This document shows, piece by piece, positions 19,984-29,038 of a stretch of DNA of 64,000 nucleotides. Each line of letters starts with the position of its first letter. The stretch's first letter is position 1. The translations under genes were made by a program, and so were the position numbers. Source of the DNA: Planctomycetota bacterium (lineage in GTDB: Bacteria > Planctomycetota > UBA1135); the NCBI GenBank assembly GCA_030748415.1, contig JASMMA010000005.1, positions 3,434 to 67,433 of the forward strand, in the 5' to 3' direction. The notes beneath the pieces were generated by a model. The model saw nothing but the letters and a program-made list of their open reading frames with translations. It was not told the origin of the DNA and did not search any database.

Positions 19984-20251
19984 CGCAATCTGCGCATTCT
20001 TTGCCAAGCGCTTTGGCATCTTTACAGCACTGAGCGGCTTGCTTTTCACCGCAACAGGGTTTGGTGCAATCGGAACCGCATTCGGCTTTGGCGGTGGCGT
20101 CGCAACTAGGCTTAGCGCATTCGGAACCGCATTCGGCTTTGGCGGTGGCGTCGCAACTAGGCTTAGCGCAATCGGAACCGCATTCGCCGGGTGTTGCACA
20201 GGCGAAAAAGGAAAGAGAAAGTGCCGCAAGGACAAGGGTGAGGTTTTTCAT
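19976..20251 (-). CDS. small exported cysteine-rich repeat protein (91 aa, 15 Cys), possible lipoprotein
   Basis: The signal peptide MKNLTLVLAALSLSFFAC is followed by three units of ECGS(D/E)C(A/T)KP(S/C)C.... The ATG lies 5 nt after the rnd stop. Competing ORFs in the track over this stretch lack any such features. Confidence 0.6.
   Translation of the reverse strand: MKNLTLVLAALSLSFFACATPGECGSDCAKPSCDATAKAECGSECAKPSCDATAKAECGSDCTKPCCGEKQAAQCCKDAKALGKECADCAK
20066..20188. repeat. 51-bp tandem repeat, about 2.4 copies, inside the Cys-rich ORF
   Basis: Units 20066-20116 and 20117-20167 differ at one base. A partial third unit spans 20168-20188. Confidence 0.9.
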
Positions 20252-20256
20252 GTTTC

Positions 20257-21465
20257 TTAGTTTTGGTTAGGGTCCGGCAAAGATTCAAGCATTTGTAACA
20301 GGGAGTCTTCCAAATTTTCTCTTTGCCAGTCGTTTAATTCTATTGTATTCAGAAGATCTTGGCGGGTACGGGGCAAGTTTTTGCCAAGAGCTTCAAGGTG
20401 GCGGCGATGCATGAGCCGTTCGCTCGGAAGACCCAGCTCCTTCGCCAAGTTGGTGCGCCACTTTCGAAGCGCTTCTTTGTTGTCTCGGAGGATGCGGTGC
20501 TTCCGTCGTTCTTCTGGAGTACGCTTTGGAGCAACAGGTGCCTCTACTCGTTCTCCTTCGGCAGACTTCAAAGCAGAAGAAATGTCTTCGCCATTTCGGC
20601 GGGCCATATTCCACCCCACTCCCCTGATAGACGCAAGTTCTTTGGTGTTCCGAGGTGGGTGCTTTGCGATTGAAACAAGGGCCTCGTTTGCCATCACGCG
20701 GAAAACCGGGCGATCCAGTTTCATGGCCAACTCTTCCCGCCACCTGAAAAGGGACCGCAACCGAGCTGACCCGGCGGGGTCAAGAGATTTCGCGCCCTTC
20801 AACTTGCGCCAACCATCAAAGTTTGGTTCTCGTGGCGGCAAGATTTCTCTCTCCAATCGGCGGAACTCCCCCTCTGCGGCGGAGGTCATTCCTTTTTCTT
20901 CAAGCTCTACTGTTAGACGACGATGAAGGTCTGGAAGAAAGTGTGTGTCAATGCGGGCGTAAGCAAGCTGCGCTTCGGTGAGGGGTCGCCTTCCCCAATT
21001 CGATCGCTGTTCCTTTTTGGAAAGTTTGATTCCGTAATAAGCGTCGATGAGTGCGGCGAGCCCCGTTTTTTCATGTTGCAAAAGGGTCATCGCTACTTGC
21101 GTATCGAAAAGACCCTTCATTTCCACGCCCAAATCTTTCTTTAAAAGCATGAGGTCAAACTCTGCAGCGTGGAAAATCTTGATAAAGTTCGGGTCGGCTA
21201 AAGGCGTGTTAATCGCCTTCAAGTCCTCGCCCAATGCGATAGGGTCCACAATGTAGTCTGTGTCCCCCGCGGTAACCTGCACCAAGCACAATTTATCGGT
21301 GTAGGCGTAAAAAGAGTTGGATTCCGTGTCCACCCCAATGATTCCAGCACTTTCCCACTCTTGAAGGGCAGCGGCCAGTTCACTCGGCGTTTTAATGGTC
21401 CTCACTGTGGGCCAATCGGCCGGGATTCTGTCGGGCATGATGGTGGTGATTGTTGCGAGCGGCAC
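20257..21465 (-). CDS. rnd: ribonuclease D (DEDD 3'-5' exonuclease + HRDC)
   Basis: It has VDTESNSFY (Exo I), HAAEFDL and YARIDTHFL motifs. The C-terminal region is HRDC-like. Confidence 0.9.
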   Translation of the reverse strand: MPLATITTIMPDRIPADWPTVRTIKTPSELAAALQEWESAGIIGVDTESNSFYAYTDKLCLVQVTAGDTDYIVDPIALGEDLKAINTPLADPNFIKIFHAAEFDLMLLKKDLGVEMKGLFDTQVAMTLLQHEKTGLAALIDAYYGIKLSKKEQRSNWGRRPLTEAQLAYARIDTHFLPDLHRRLTVELEEKGMTSAAEGEFRRLEREILPPREPNFDGWRKLKGAKSLDPAGSARLRSLFRWREELAMKLDRPVFRVMANEALVSIAKHPPRNTKELASIRGVGWNMARRNGEDISSALKSAEGERVEAPVAPKRTPEERRKHRILRDNKEALRKWRTNLAKELGLPSERLMHRRHLEALGKNLPRTRQDLLNTIELNDWQRENLEDSLLQMLESLPDPNQN

Positions 21466-21532
21466 ACTTTTTATTCGTTTAAGTGATTCAAGTGTGACGA
21501 AAAACTCGTTGGTGACTTATTGTAAGGGAGCC

Positions 21533-22645
21533 ATGTCGCACCGCCTCCCTCTGTGGATTCTCTTGGTTGCTGGGCTTTTCTTCGCCCAGCTCGGATGGTG
21601 GGGTCTTTCCCTATGGCGGCAGGGGGAAGCCCTTCACTCCGCAGGGCACCAAGCCTTGCTGGAAAGGCGGGATTTGGCCGTTCAAGAACTTCTTTATCGC
21701 GTTGAAAATGGGGCCTCAATCCTCGAAGCATGGGAAGAGATTTCCTCCGACTTTCCTGGCCTTGTTCGAGTCGCCACCGCCGAGGCCGGGGGACATCTGG
21801 GGGTTCAACTCAGCGAAACCGCGATTCGAAGCTTGGAGAGCGACCTCATCTCCCACCACACGATGGTTTTGGGCGAAGGAAGTTTGAGCTTTCTTATTGC
21901 TCTGGTTGCGATTTGGTTTCTAATGAAAAGTGTTCGGCGGCAACAACAGCTCGCCCTTCAAGAATCCAACTTCTTGCATGCTGTGACTCACGAGTTTCGT
22001 TCCCCCATTCAAGGGATTCGACTTGCGGTGGAATCTCTCATGCGGCGGCCCGACCCTGCGAAGGCCCGCTCTTATTCTGAAGGTATGTTAGAAGATTTAC
22101 ACCGATTGGATTCTTTGGTGGACAATGCCCTAACCGTGGGCCGCCTAGAAGCCCAGGCTTTGAACCCTCAAATCCGTCCGCTCAACATGAGTGAAGCAGT
22201 TCAAACAACAATCACTTCATGGTGCGCTTCGAACCCTGCTGGTGCAAAGCTATTAGATGTTGAAATCGAAAATGCTGTCTGGGCCGAGGCGGATCCAGCA
22301 GCTCTCCAGCCCATTCTTCGAAACCTTTTGGAAAACGCCATCAAATATGGCGAGGGCAACCGCGTTACCGCTTCCTTGAAAGCCGAAAGCGGGTGTGCAA
22401 TCTTGCGGATTCGCGATATGGGTCGTGGTTTTACATCCGAAGAACGGGCCCGGCTTTTTGAACGCTTCTGGCGGGCGGGCGATGAACGGGTTCGCACCGC
22501 GCAAGGGACCGGCCTGGGCCTTTACCTTGTTTCCGAACTCGCCCGCGCCCAAACCGCCAAGGTAGAAGCGCATAGCAAGGGTTTGGGCAAAGGTGCCGAA
22601 TTCAAAATTTCCTGGCCGGAAAGCGCGTCTAAACTAAACTCATGA
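21533..22645 (+). CDS. sensor histidine kinase (HisKA + HATPase_c)
   Basis: The H-box is FLHAVTHEFRSPIQ, the N-box LLENAIKYG, and the G-boxes DMGRGF and GTGLGL. Two TM segments flank a ~100-aa external loop. I chose the ATG at 21533. Confidence 0.85.
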   Translation: MSHRLPLWILLVAGLFFAQLGWWGLSLWRQGEALHSAGHQALLERRDLAVQELLYRVENGASILEAWEEISSDFPGLVRVATAEAGGHLGVQLSETAIRSLESDLISHHTMVLGEGSLSFLIALVAIWFLMKSVRRQQQLALQESNFLHAVTHEFRSPIQGIRLAVESLMRRPDPAKARSYSEGMLEDLHRLDSLVDNALTVGRLEAQALNPQIRPLNMSEAVQTTITSWCASNPAGAKLLDVEIENAVWAEADPAALQPILRNLLENAIKYGEGNRVTASLKAESGCAILRIRDMGRGFTSEERARLFERFWRAGDERVRTAQGTGLGLYLVSELARAQTAKVEAHSKGLGKGAEFKISWPESASKLNS

Positions 22646-23352
22646 AACCCCGCATCCTAGTTGTTGAAGATGAACCTCGCATACAGCGGTTGGTTTGTGA
22701 CAACTTGGAAGCAGAAGGCTATCGAGTCGTGGCAGCATCTGATGGCGATTCAGGATTAGCTGCTGCCCGCACTGGGGGCTTAGCTTTAATTTTGCTCGAT
22801 GTCATGCTTCCCAAAATGGATGGCTTTGACTTGTGCAAACGCTTGCGCGAAGAGGGAAACCGAACCCCCATTCTTTTCCTAACCGCGCGAGACTTGCCGC
22901 ATGACCGCGTTGCAGGCTTAGAAGCTGGCGGTGATGATTATTTAGTTAAGCCCTTTCACCTTGATGAACTTCTTGCACGAGTGCGTGCCCTCCTCCGACG
23001 GAGTGATTGGTCCACGAGCAGTGTTCAAGAACGGATACCTTTGGGGGAAGGCTGGTTCGACTTGAACACCCATGAAGCCATGTCGGTTGACGGAACTATC
23101 GAAACACTTCCCCTTAAAGAGTTAGGAATTATGAAACTTCTCCTCGAAGCGCGCGGCGGAATCGTGGACCGCCATAAAATCTTGGATGAAGTGTGGGGCG
23201 GCGAGGCCGAACCCACCACCCGCACTGTAGATAATTTTGTCGTACGCCTGCGCCGTCGCTTTGAAAAAGACCCCGGACGGCCAGAACTCATTCTGACCGT
23301 CCGGGGAGTGGGTTACCGCTTAGGGAACCCCAAAAGGGAAGTTAAAACCTAG
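22642..23352 (+). CDS. OmpR-family response regulator
   Basis: The receiver has ILVVEDE, LILLDVMLPKMDG and LTAR. The winged-helix C-terminus ends with RGVGYRL. It forms an ATGA overlap with the kinase gene. Confidence 0.9.
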   Translation: MKPRILVVEDEPRIQRLVCDNLEAEGYRVVAASDGDSGLAAARTGGLALILLDVMLPKMDGFDLCKRLREEGNRTPILFLTARDLPHDRVAGLEAGGDDYLVKPFHLDELLARVRALLRRSDWSTSSVQERIPLGEGWFDLNTHEAMSVDGTIETLPLKELGIMKLLLEARGGIVDRHKILDEVWGGEAEPTTRTVDNFVVRLRRRFEKDPGRPELILTVRGVGYRLGNPKREVKT

Positions 23353-25316
23353 AAGCTCAACACTCCAGCGTAGCCTTGGGGACCTTGAGGAATGCTCTTG
23401 CCTTCAAGATGAATCCAGTACTGACCTGCAGGTGGGTTCGAAAGGAGAATTTGCTCGATTGAGTTCTTTGGGTCTTGTTGGCTTGGGTTTGGAGTCGCCG
23501 TGCCATCTGATGTACTCAAGATTCCACCGTGGTAAATCGTGCCGTTAGGGGCCCGCAAACGAAGGTTGATGTCGTTCACGACTGGGTTTGCAGAATTTGC
23601 AGCACCTGGCTCATCGGAGAAGGCCAAGGTTAAACGAAGTTCAGAACGACCCGCAGGAAGGTTGAAGGAAAAGTACTTGTTATCGCCAGTACTCAAACCG
23701 TTTGCGTGAGGCACATCGGCAACGAAGTTGCGGCGGGAATCGCCAGCGAGGAAGAGCGAATTATCCAAAAGAATTCGGCCATACGCTTCTTTGTTTCCAA
23801 GGTAACCCGAGATGCCCGTCATGTTCACAGAACCGTTCACGAGTGTGGCTCGAAGAAGAGCACCACTGGGTGTAAATCCATTAGAGGCAACCGCAGAACC
23901 AGTTGGATAGTAACCGTCTTCGTAGTACTGCTTGATGAGCGCGGCGCCACCTGCAACAACTGGACAAGCCATGGATGTTCCACACATGGAAGTTGTTCCG
24001 CAGGATGCAGTGCTTGCAGAAATCGTTGAACAACCAGGAGCAAATACTTCTGGCTTCCGGCGGCCATCAGCGGTCGGGCCAACTCCACCACTTCCGTGGT
24101 TCTCTGGATTGTTTCTGCTTGAAGCAGCAACGGCTAAAACATTCTTGGCGTTCTCTGGGTTTTTTACCTTGGAGCCATTTGTTTCAGCAAAGCAAACTAG
24201 ACCATCTTCATTGTCGTGAGAGTATGCATCGATGTCGCGACACCAGTTGTCATAACTGGTTGTCCAGTCGTTACCCCAAGAGTTGGTGTGAATGCGACCG
24301 CCGTGGGAATGAGCATTGTTGAGGAAGGTGTCCATGGCATTACTTCCAGGAAAACTGGACTGATGAACCAGCCACGCTTCAGGAGCCATCCCGTTTCCAG
24401 CCGTACTTCCATTTACAGGGGTGCGATTACCCGCAGCCGAACCAGCAGTATGGGTTCCGTGGGAGTCTTGACCACTTCCATTTCCCATCCATTTGATTTT
24501 TCGGTGATTGGAACCAACGCCAGCGCCAGATGGATCGTCGAAGTAGCAAGAACTTTCCTTGATACGACCATCGATGTGACCAATCGTTACGCCTGAGCCA
24601 TCAATACCTGCATTCCAAAGCTTGGTGTCGTTACTAACATAGGTTTGGATGACCCATTTGGATTTATCATTGCGCTGTTCAGCTTGGGCGCTTTCTTGAA
24701 TCCACTTGATTCCATGAATGCGAGCAAGGGCGAGAACTTCGCCACCGTTGGCGCGAACGAGCATCCGAAGATAACGAGCAGTTTGGTTGGTTTCTAAAAT
24801 TTGAATATCCAACTGACGCACAAAATCTTCAACAACGGATAAATCTTGGTCGGGCCAAAGTTCGAGAGCGATTTCCATTCGACCATCAGAAGAGCCGATT
24901 GCAGAACCCCAGGTCCCGGTTTCGGGATGAACCTTCCATGCAGGGTGAACTGGGGCAACAAAAAGAGCTTCGGCGGCAACAGCATTTGCGAGCCCTGCGA
25001 ACATCTTGGCCTCAAATCCATTGTGGGGAATGTAGTCAAAAACCTGCCCGCCCTGCGAGCGAATCCGGTCTCGGGTGGATTCCCATTGCTCGGCAGAGGT
25101 TTGGACATAGTAATAGCCAGCTTCGGCGGCTTCCCAGTCTCCATAGGCCAGGTGAGTGGGCACCGATGGGGCCCCCCAGCGGCTGTCCCAATCCAAAGTT
25201 TTAAGGGCAAGCCGGGTAGGTTCTTTGTACCGGTCCGTTTGCTCAAGGGGCAAAAGGGCCTGGGAAGGGGCTTGCAATGTGGGGGTAAAAGCAAGGAGCA
25301 GGAGGGTCAAGTTCAT
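23349..25316 (-). CDS. secreted S8 (subtilisin-like) serine peptidase
   Basis: It has a signal peptide. The catalytic triad motifs are GHIDGR (Asp region), HGTHTAGSAAG and GTSMACPVVAG. The C-terminal domain looks like a beta-sandwich. Confidence 0.9.
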   Translation of the reverse strand: MNLTLLLLAFTPTLQAPSQALLPLEQTDRYKEPTRLALKTLDWDSRWGAPSVPTHLAYGDWEAAEAGYYYVQTSAEQWESTRDRIRSQGGQVFDYIPHNGFEAKMFAGLANAVAAEALFVAPVHPAWKVHPETGTWGSAIGSSDGRMEIALELWPDQDLSVVEDFVRQLDIQILETNQTARYLRMLVRANGGEVLALARIHGIKWIQESAQAEQRNDKSKWVIQTYVSNDTKLWNAGIDGSGVTIGHIDGRIKESSCYFDDPSGAGVGSNHRKIKWMGNGSGQDSHGTHTAGSAAGNRTPVNGSTAGNGMAPEAWLVHQSSFPGSNAMDTFLNNAHSHGGRIHTNSWGNDWTTSYDNWCRDIDAYSHDNEDGLVCFAETNGSKVKNPENAKNVLAVAASSRNNPENHGSGGVGPTADGRRKPEVFAPGCSTISASTASCGTTSMCGTSMACPVVAGGAALIKQYYEDGYYPTGSAVASNGFTPSGALLRATLVNGSVNMTGISGYLGNKEAYGRILLDNSLFLAGDSRRNFVADVPHANGLSTGDNKYFSFNLPAGRSELRLTLAFSDEPGAANSANPVVNDINLRLRAPNGTIYHGGILSTSDGTATPNPSQQDPKNSIEQILLSNPPAGQYWIHLEGKSIPQGPQGYAGVLSF

Positions 25317-25666
25317 CTAAGTTGTTTCCTTTTCAGGGGTTAGGCATTTTTTTGGTTCGTGGGGAACGCTAAGTTTCTCATCATGGACGATGACAAGGGA
25401 CAGCAAGTTCCCTAGATTCCAATGGCTCATGTTCAAGTTTAGAACCTAATTCGCCCCATGGGACCTATTTCGGCTAGAAATTCGCATTTACTGTCGGTTT
25501 TTTCGGGTAAAACTAGGGTGGTGGCGAGGTCCTCGCCCCCCTCTGGGAACTTGTGCGCCTTCTGGCCGCCCCCTTTCATGGAACTTTCGGCCCCCCACAA
25601 GCCGTCTCCCTAGTGAGAGCCCCCGCTCTCAACACAACAATCAATCCTCCTAATCCAATCCCACAC

Positions 25667-26209
25667 ATGAAAACTCCACACTGGATCACCTCGGCTGTCG
25701 CCGGGCTTCTTTTTGCGGGCGGTGCAATCGCCTGCATTGAGGCTCTTGACCTGCCTAAGATGATGGAGCGAACCGATGCCGCCGTTCACGGCACCATCAC
25801 TGATGTTCGCTCGACCCTCTTTGCCCCCACCCCGGAAGATCGCCGGATTTACACCATTCTCACCATTGAAGGAACTGACCTTTACACCGGTGAGCCTCGC
25901 ACAATTGATGCCGCTTTTATTGGTGGCACCTACCAAGGCGAGACCATGAATGTGACCTGCATGCCCGCCCCTGGCGATTACCGCCTCGGCAATGATGTGC
26001 TGGTGTTCTCCGGGCCTGTTGAAGGCTGGGGCCCTGATGTAAACCGTTGTGTTTACGCGGCCATGGGCGGCATCTTCCGCACCGTGGACACACCGAACGG
26101 AACTGTGTTCTTGGGTAAAGGTGAAGGAACTGCCATTGAGAAAAACACTCTCAAGAGCCAGTTGCTTTCCAACATTCAACGCATTCAGCGCACGAAGGAG
26201 GTGAAGTGA
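25667..26209 (+). CDS. exported hypothetical protein
   Basis: The ATG at 25667 gives MKTPHWITSAVAGLLFAGGAIAC. It forms a TGATG overlap with the downstream metalloprotease gene. Confidence 0.6.
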   Translation: MKTPHWITSAVAGLLFAGGAIACIEALDLPKMMERTDAAVHGTITDVRSTLFAPTPEDRRIYTILTIEGTDLYTGEPRTIDAAFIGGTYQGETMNVTCMPAPGDYRLGNDVLVFSGPVEGWGPDVNRCVYAAMGGIFRTVDTPNGTVFLGKGEGTAIEKNTLKSQLLSNIQRIQRTKEVK

Positions 26210-27522
26210 TGAATAGTTTCCTTCGTCTTTCTCTTGGCGGCCTTTTGCTTGCAGGAACCGCGACCGTTGTCGTTCCCGAAGATGCTTCCGCATGGAGCAC
26301 TATTGGTGGAAGCTTGGGTCTGACCCAACGCGACTATCGTATCTACGACAACTTCACTGATAATACTTGTCACGACAATACCACTGCTCACAGCAACTGG
26401 CCTGAGTACACCGAAGTCGAAATGTCTGCCTGGAAAGCTGGTGCCGAATGGGGTTCTCGCTCCTTTGGTGATGGCACAGGCGATGGTTCCCAAAACAATG
26501 TGGGAGATGGCGGCGCCAACTTCAACTTTGTTTGGGCTGGCAACGCCGGTAACACTGGTGGTTTCAATGGAAACATCATCTCTCCACTTGGTGGCTCAAG
26601 CGGTGGAGTTCTCGCCTACTGCGAAACTCCAATCTCTGATGGCTGGCGAATTCGTTTCTACGAATCGTGGACTTGGGATGATGGCCCCGACAGCGTTCCT
26701 GGTTCTCGCATGGATTTCCAAGGTGTTGCTTGTCATGAACTTGGCCACGCTCTCGGCTTAGGGCACTCCACTGCTGGTGGAAACCCAACCATGTCTGCCT
26801 ACGCAACCGGCAATGGTGTTTCTGACCGTTCTATCACCTCTGATGACCAAGCTGGTATCCAACAAGGTGTTTACGGAGCCATGTCTTCATCAATGCCTGA
26901 GATTACGGACCTTCAAGGTTCGTTGAACTCTGGTGGAACACTCATCGTAGTTGGAAACAACTTCAGCACCACTGGTAACGAAGTTTGGTTCAACAACAAC
27001 GGCACAAGCGCAAGCGGAGCCGACGGCGACCCTGTCAAAGTCACGGGCCTTGCTTCGACCAACGGTGGAACCCAGATTTCACTTACCATTCCAACTTCTG
27101 GAATTGAAGGTGGCTCCATCCATGTTAAGAAGAGTGGTTCTGGAAACAGCACCCTGTCTGAAGGTCATCCCTTTGACCTAGATGGCGGACAACCTGGTTT
27201 GAACACCATCACTCTTTCTGGTCCAACACTTGTCTTCGCAGGTGGCGTTGCCATCTTGGATGTGTCGCGTGCAACTCCAAACGCACGGGTTTACTTGCTT
27301 TACAGTTTGTCTAACACAGGAACGACCATTTTTGGCCATCAGTTTGATCTTGGCTCAAACTGGAATGTACTCTCCAATACCCTTGTGGATGCTTCCGGTG
27401 TAGGTTCCTACTCCTTGAATGTTCCGAATGGTGCGGCAGGAATGACTGTTTACATGGAATGTGGTTCGGACACTGGTGGTGTCATCACCGACTCGAACAT
27501 CCATCAACTCACTGTGATGTAA
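26209..27522 (+). CDS. secreted matrixin-like (M10 metzincin) zinc protease with IPT/TIG-like C-terminal domains
   Basis: It has a signal peptide, the HELGHALGLGHS zinc motif and a downstream Met-turn (PTMSAY). The C-terminus has repeated beta-rich segments. Confidence 0.85.
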   Translation: MNSFLRLSLGGLLLAGTATVVVPEDASAWSTIGGSLGLTQRDYRIYDNFTDNTCHDNTTAHSNWPEYTEVEMSAWKAGAEWGSRSFGDGTGDGSQNNVGDGGANFNFVWAGNAGNTGGFNGNIISPLGGSSGGVLAYCETPISDGWRIRFYESWTWDDGPDSVPGSRMDFQGVACHELGHALGLGHSTAGGNPTMSAYATGNGVSDRSITSDDQAGIQQGVYGAMSSSMPEITDLQGSLNSGGTLIVVGNNFSTTGNEVWFNNNGTSASGADGDPVKVTGLASTNGGTQISLTIPTSGIEGGSIHVKKSGSGNSTLSEGHPFDLDGGQPGLNTITLSGPTLVFAGGVAILDVSRATPNARVYLLYSLSNTGTTIFGHQFDLGSNWNVLSNTLVDASGVGSYSLNVPNGAAGMTVYMECGSDTGGVITDSNIHQLTVM

Positions 27523-27543
27523 AGGCTTGAATCGATGCCTAAA

Positions 27544-27586
27544 AGGGCTTGAGGGTCAAGAAACCCTCAAGCCCTTCTTCTTTTCT
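27544..27586 (+). terminator. rho-independent terminator
   Basis: A perfect 13-bp stem, AGGGCTTGAGGGT/ACCCTCAAGCCCT, encloses a 6-nt loop. It is followed by TCTTCTTTTCT. Confidence 0.75.
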
Positions 27587-27601
27587 GGTCGATGGCGAAA
27601 T

Positions 27602-27958
27602 ATGGACAACGCAATTCCAGCCCATAATCCCCGCCTTTCCGTAGCGCAGAGCCTTCAGGACCAAGGCCGCTTCCTCGCAGCCGCCGACATTCTCTTAGAG
27701 GATTTCCGCCAGGACCCATGGGATTCCATTGTGGCTCGAGAATTAGGCTGCGTTCTTCACGCGGCTGGTGATTTGGTTTCGGCGCAGGAATATTTGGTTC
27801 GCGCCCATCATGCAAACCCTTCCGACGCTAGAGCCCTTTCGGAATTGGTGCTCGTTCTTCGGGAGCGGGACATGTCCGATGAAGCCGCCGGCTTTTTGCT
27901 CGCCGGTTTGAACGCAGGTGCAAACCCGCAAGAAATATCTGGGAATCTAGCAGCCTAA
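27602..27958 (+). CDS. small TPR-like protein
   Basis: The ORF is 118 aa from the ATG at 27602, downstream of the terminator. It has helical Ala/Leu-rich repeats. The call is weak. Confidence 0.45.
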   Translation: MDNAIPAHNPRLSVAQSLQDQGRFLAAADILLEDFRQDPWDSIVARELGCVLHAAGDLVSAQEYLVRAHHANPSDARALSELVLVLRERDMSDEAAGFLLAGLNAGANPQEISGNLAA

Positions 27959-27961
27959 CGA

Positions 27962-28328
27962 CGATACCGAACCCGACCCTTTTTACCGAGAAAAAAAGAC
28001 CCTACTCGCAGGGGGCTCTCACGCCGCAGGCGCTCGTTTCTCAGAAGCTCCGCGAAATAGGATTGCCCTCGCGCCCCCACCTCCACCCCACACCCCCAAT
28101 CGGTGTTGGCGATATCGGGCGTTAACAGTTGGCTCTAAACAAACCGCCCCAATTCCTAGTGGCGGATTTGGTGGGTCACTTATTAGCTCGAGGGTCCGGT
28201 TGCGCGGATTTTGGCGCTATGCCGCGGGAGGCGGCTTAGTGCCACTGGAGCGCAACGGATTCCCTCGCGCATAAAAAAACAAACCCAACAAATACCATCA
28301 CAAACAAATCAACAATCACAAACAAATC
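27962..28328 (-). repeat. paralogous intergenic element, copy A (candidate sRNA gene, sense on minus strand)
   Basis: The reverse complement aligns with 39959-40274. The 38-nt block rc 28231-28268 matches at 35/38 positions. The 25-nt hairpin plus T7 (rc 27991-28015) is identical, and the 28 nt at 27962-27989 are identical. Confidence 0.85.
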
Positions 28329-28332
28329 AGAA

Positions 28333-29016
28333 CTATTCGTTATCCGATTCCTGGAACACACCCTTAACGCCGTTGACATCGAGTAGAACGGCAGCGGCGT
28401 CAATCTTTCCGCCCGCTGAAGTCGTGCGCACAACGAGGTGGATGGTCCATTCTTCAGTTGTATATTCAGTAACGATGAGTTTTTCAACGCGATAACCATG
28501 GGAGCGCAAAGCTTCTGCCAAACTTTCAACCAGCCCAGGGCGTGGTGCGGCGGTGACATCGAGTGCGCGGCGTTTTACGGAGCGCAACAAACTGCTTTCC
28601 ACGGGAGAAAGAACTAGAAGCGCGAACAAAATAAACGCTGCACAAAGAACGGCTTCGGGAATGAGGCCAGCACCAACGGTTAAACCAAGGGCAGCAACTG
28701 CCCACAAAACGGATGCGGTGGTTAGGCCATGAACAGTTAATCCGGTTCGCAAAATTACGCCTGCTCCAAGGAATCCCATGCCACTAATCACTTGAGCAGC
28801 GATTCGACCGGAATCGTGAAAGTCACGGCCATCGGCAACCCGTTCAGAAAGAATCATGATGAGTGCCGAGGCCGCGCCGAGAACGGTCAAAGTTCGAAAG
28901 CCAGCCGGATGGCCGCGCATTTCGCGCTCCATTCCGATGAGGGCACCGAGGCCGCCAGCGATTGCCAAACGAGCCGCGACATCAATCAATCCAGGGTCCA
29001 GGGTGATAGAAAGCAT
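28333..29016 (-). CDS. MgtC/SapB family membrane protein
   Basis: The MgtC N-terminal domain has GLGALIGMEREMRGHPAGFRT. The C-terminus is a soluble ACT-like domain. Confidence 0.85.
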   Translation of the reverse strand: MLSITLDPGLIDVAARLAIAGGLGALIGMEREMRGHPAGFRTLTVLGAASALIMILSERVADGRDFHDSGRIAAQVISGMGFLGAGVILRTGLTVHGLTTASVLWAVAALGLTVGAGLIPEAVLCAAFILFALLVLSPVESSLLRSVKRRALDVTAAPRPGLVESLAEALRSHGYRVEKLIVTEYTTEEWTIHLVVRTTSAGGKIDAAAVLLDVNGVKGVFQESDNE

Positions 29017-29038
29017 TCTTATTGAAACCCTAGCACTT

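Noticed and set aside
19748-20260. Long plus-strand ORF (170 aa) and a 157-aa minus-strand ORF cover the Cys-rich repeat region.
   Set aside because: Both are alternative frames of the same GC-rich tandem repeat. They lack a signal peptide or any motif. The 91-aa frame has a canonical signal peptide and a regular Cys pattern.
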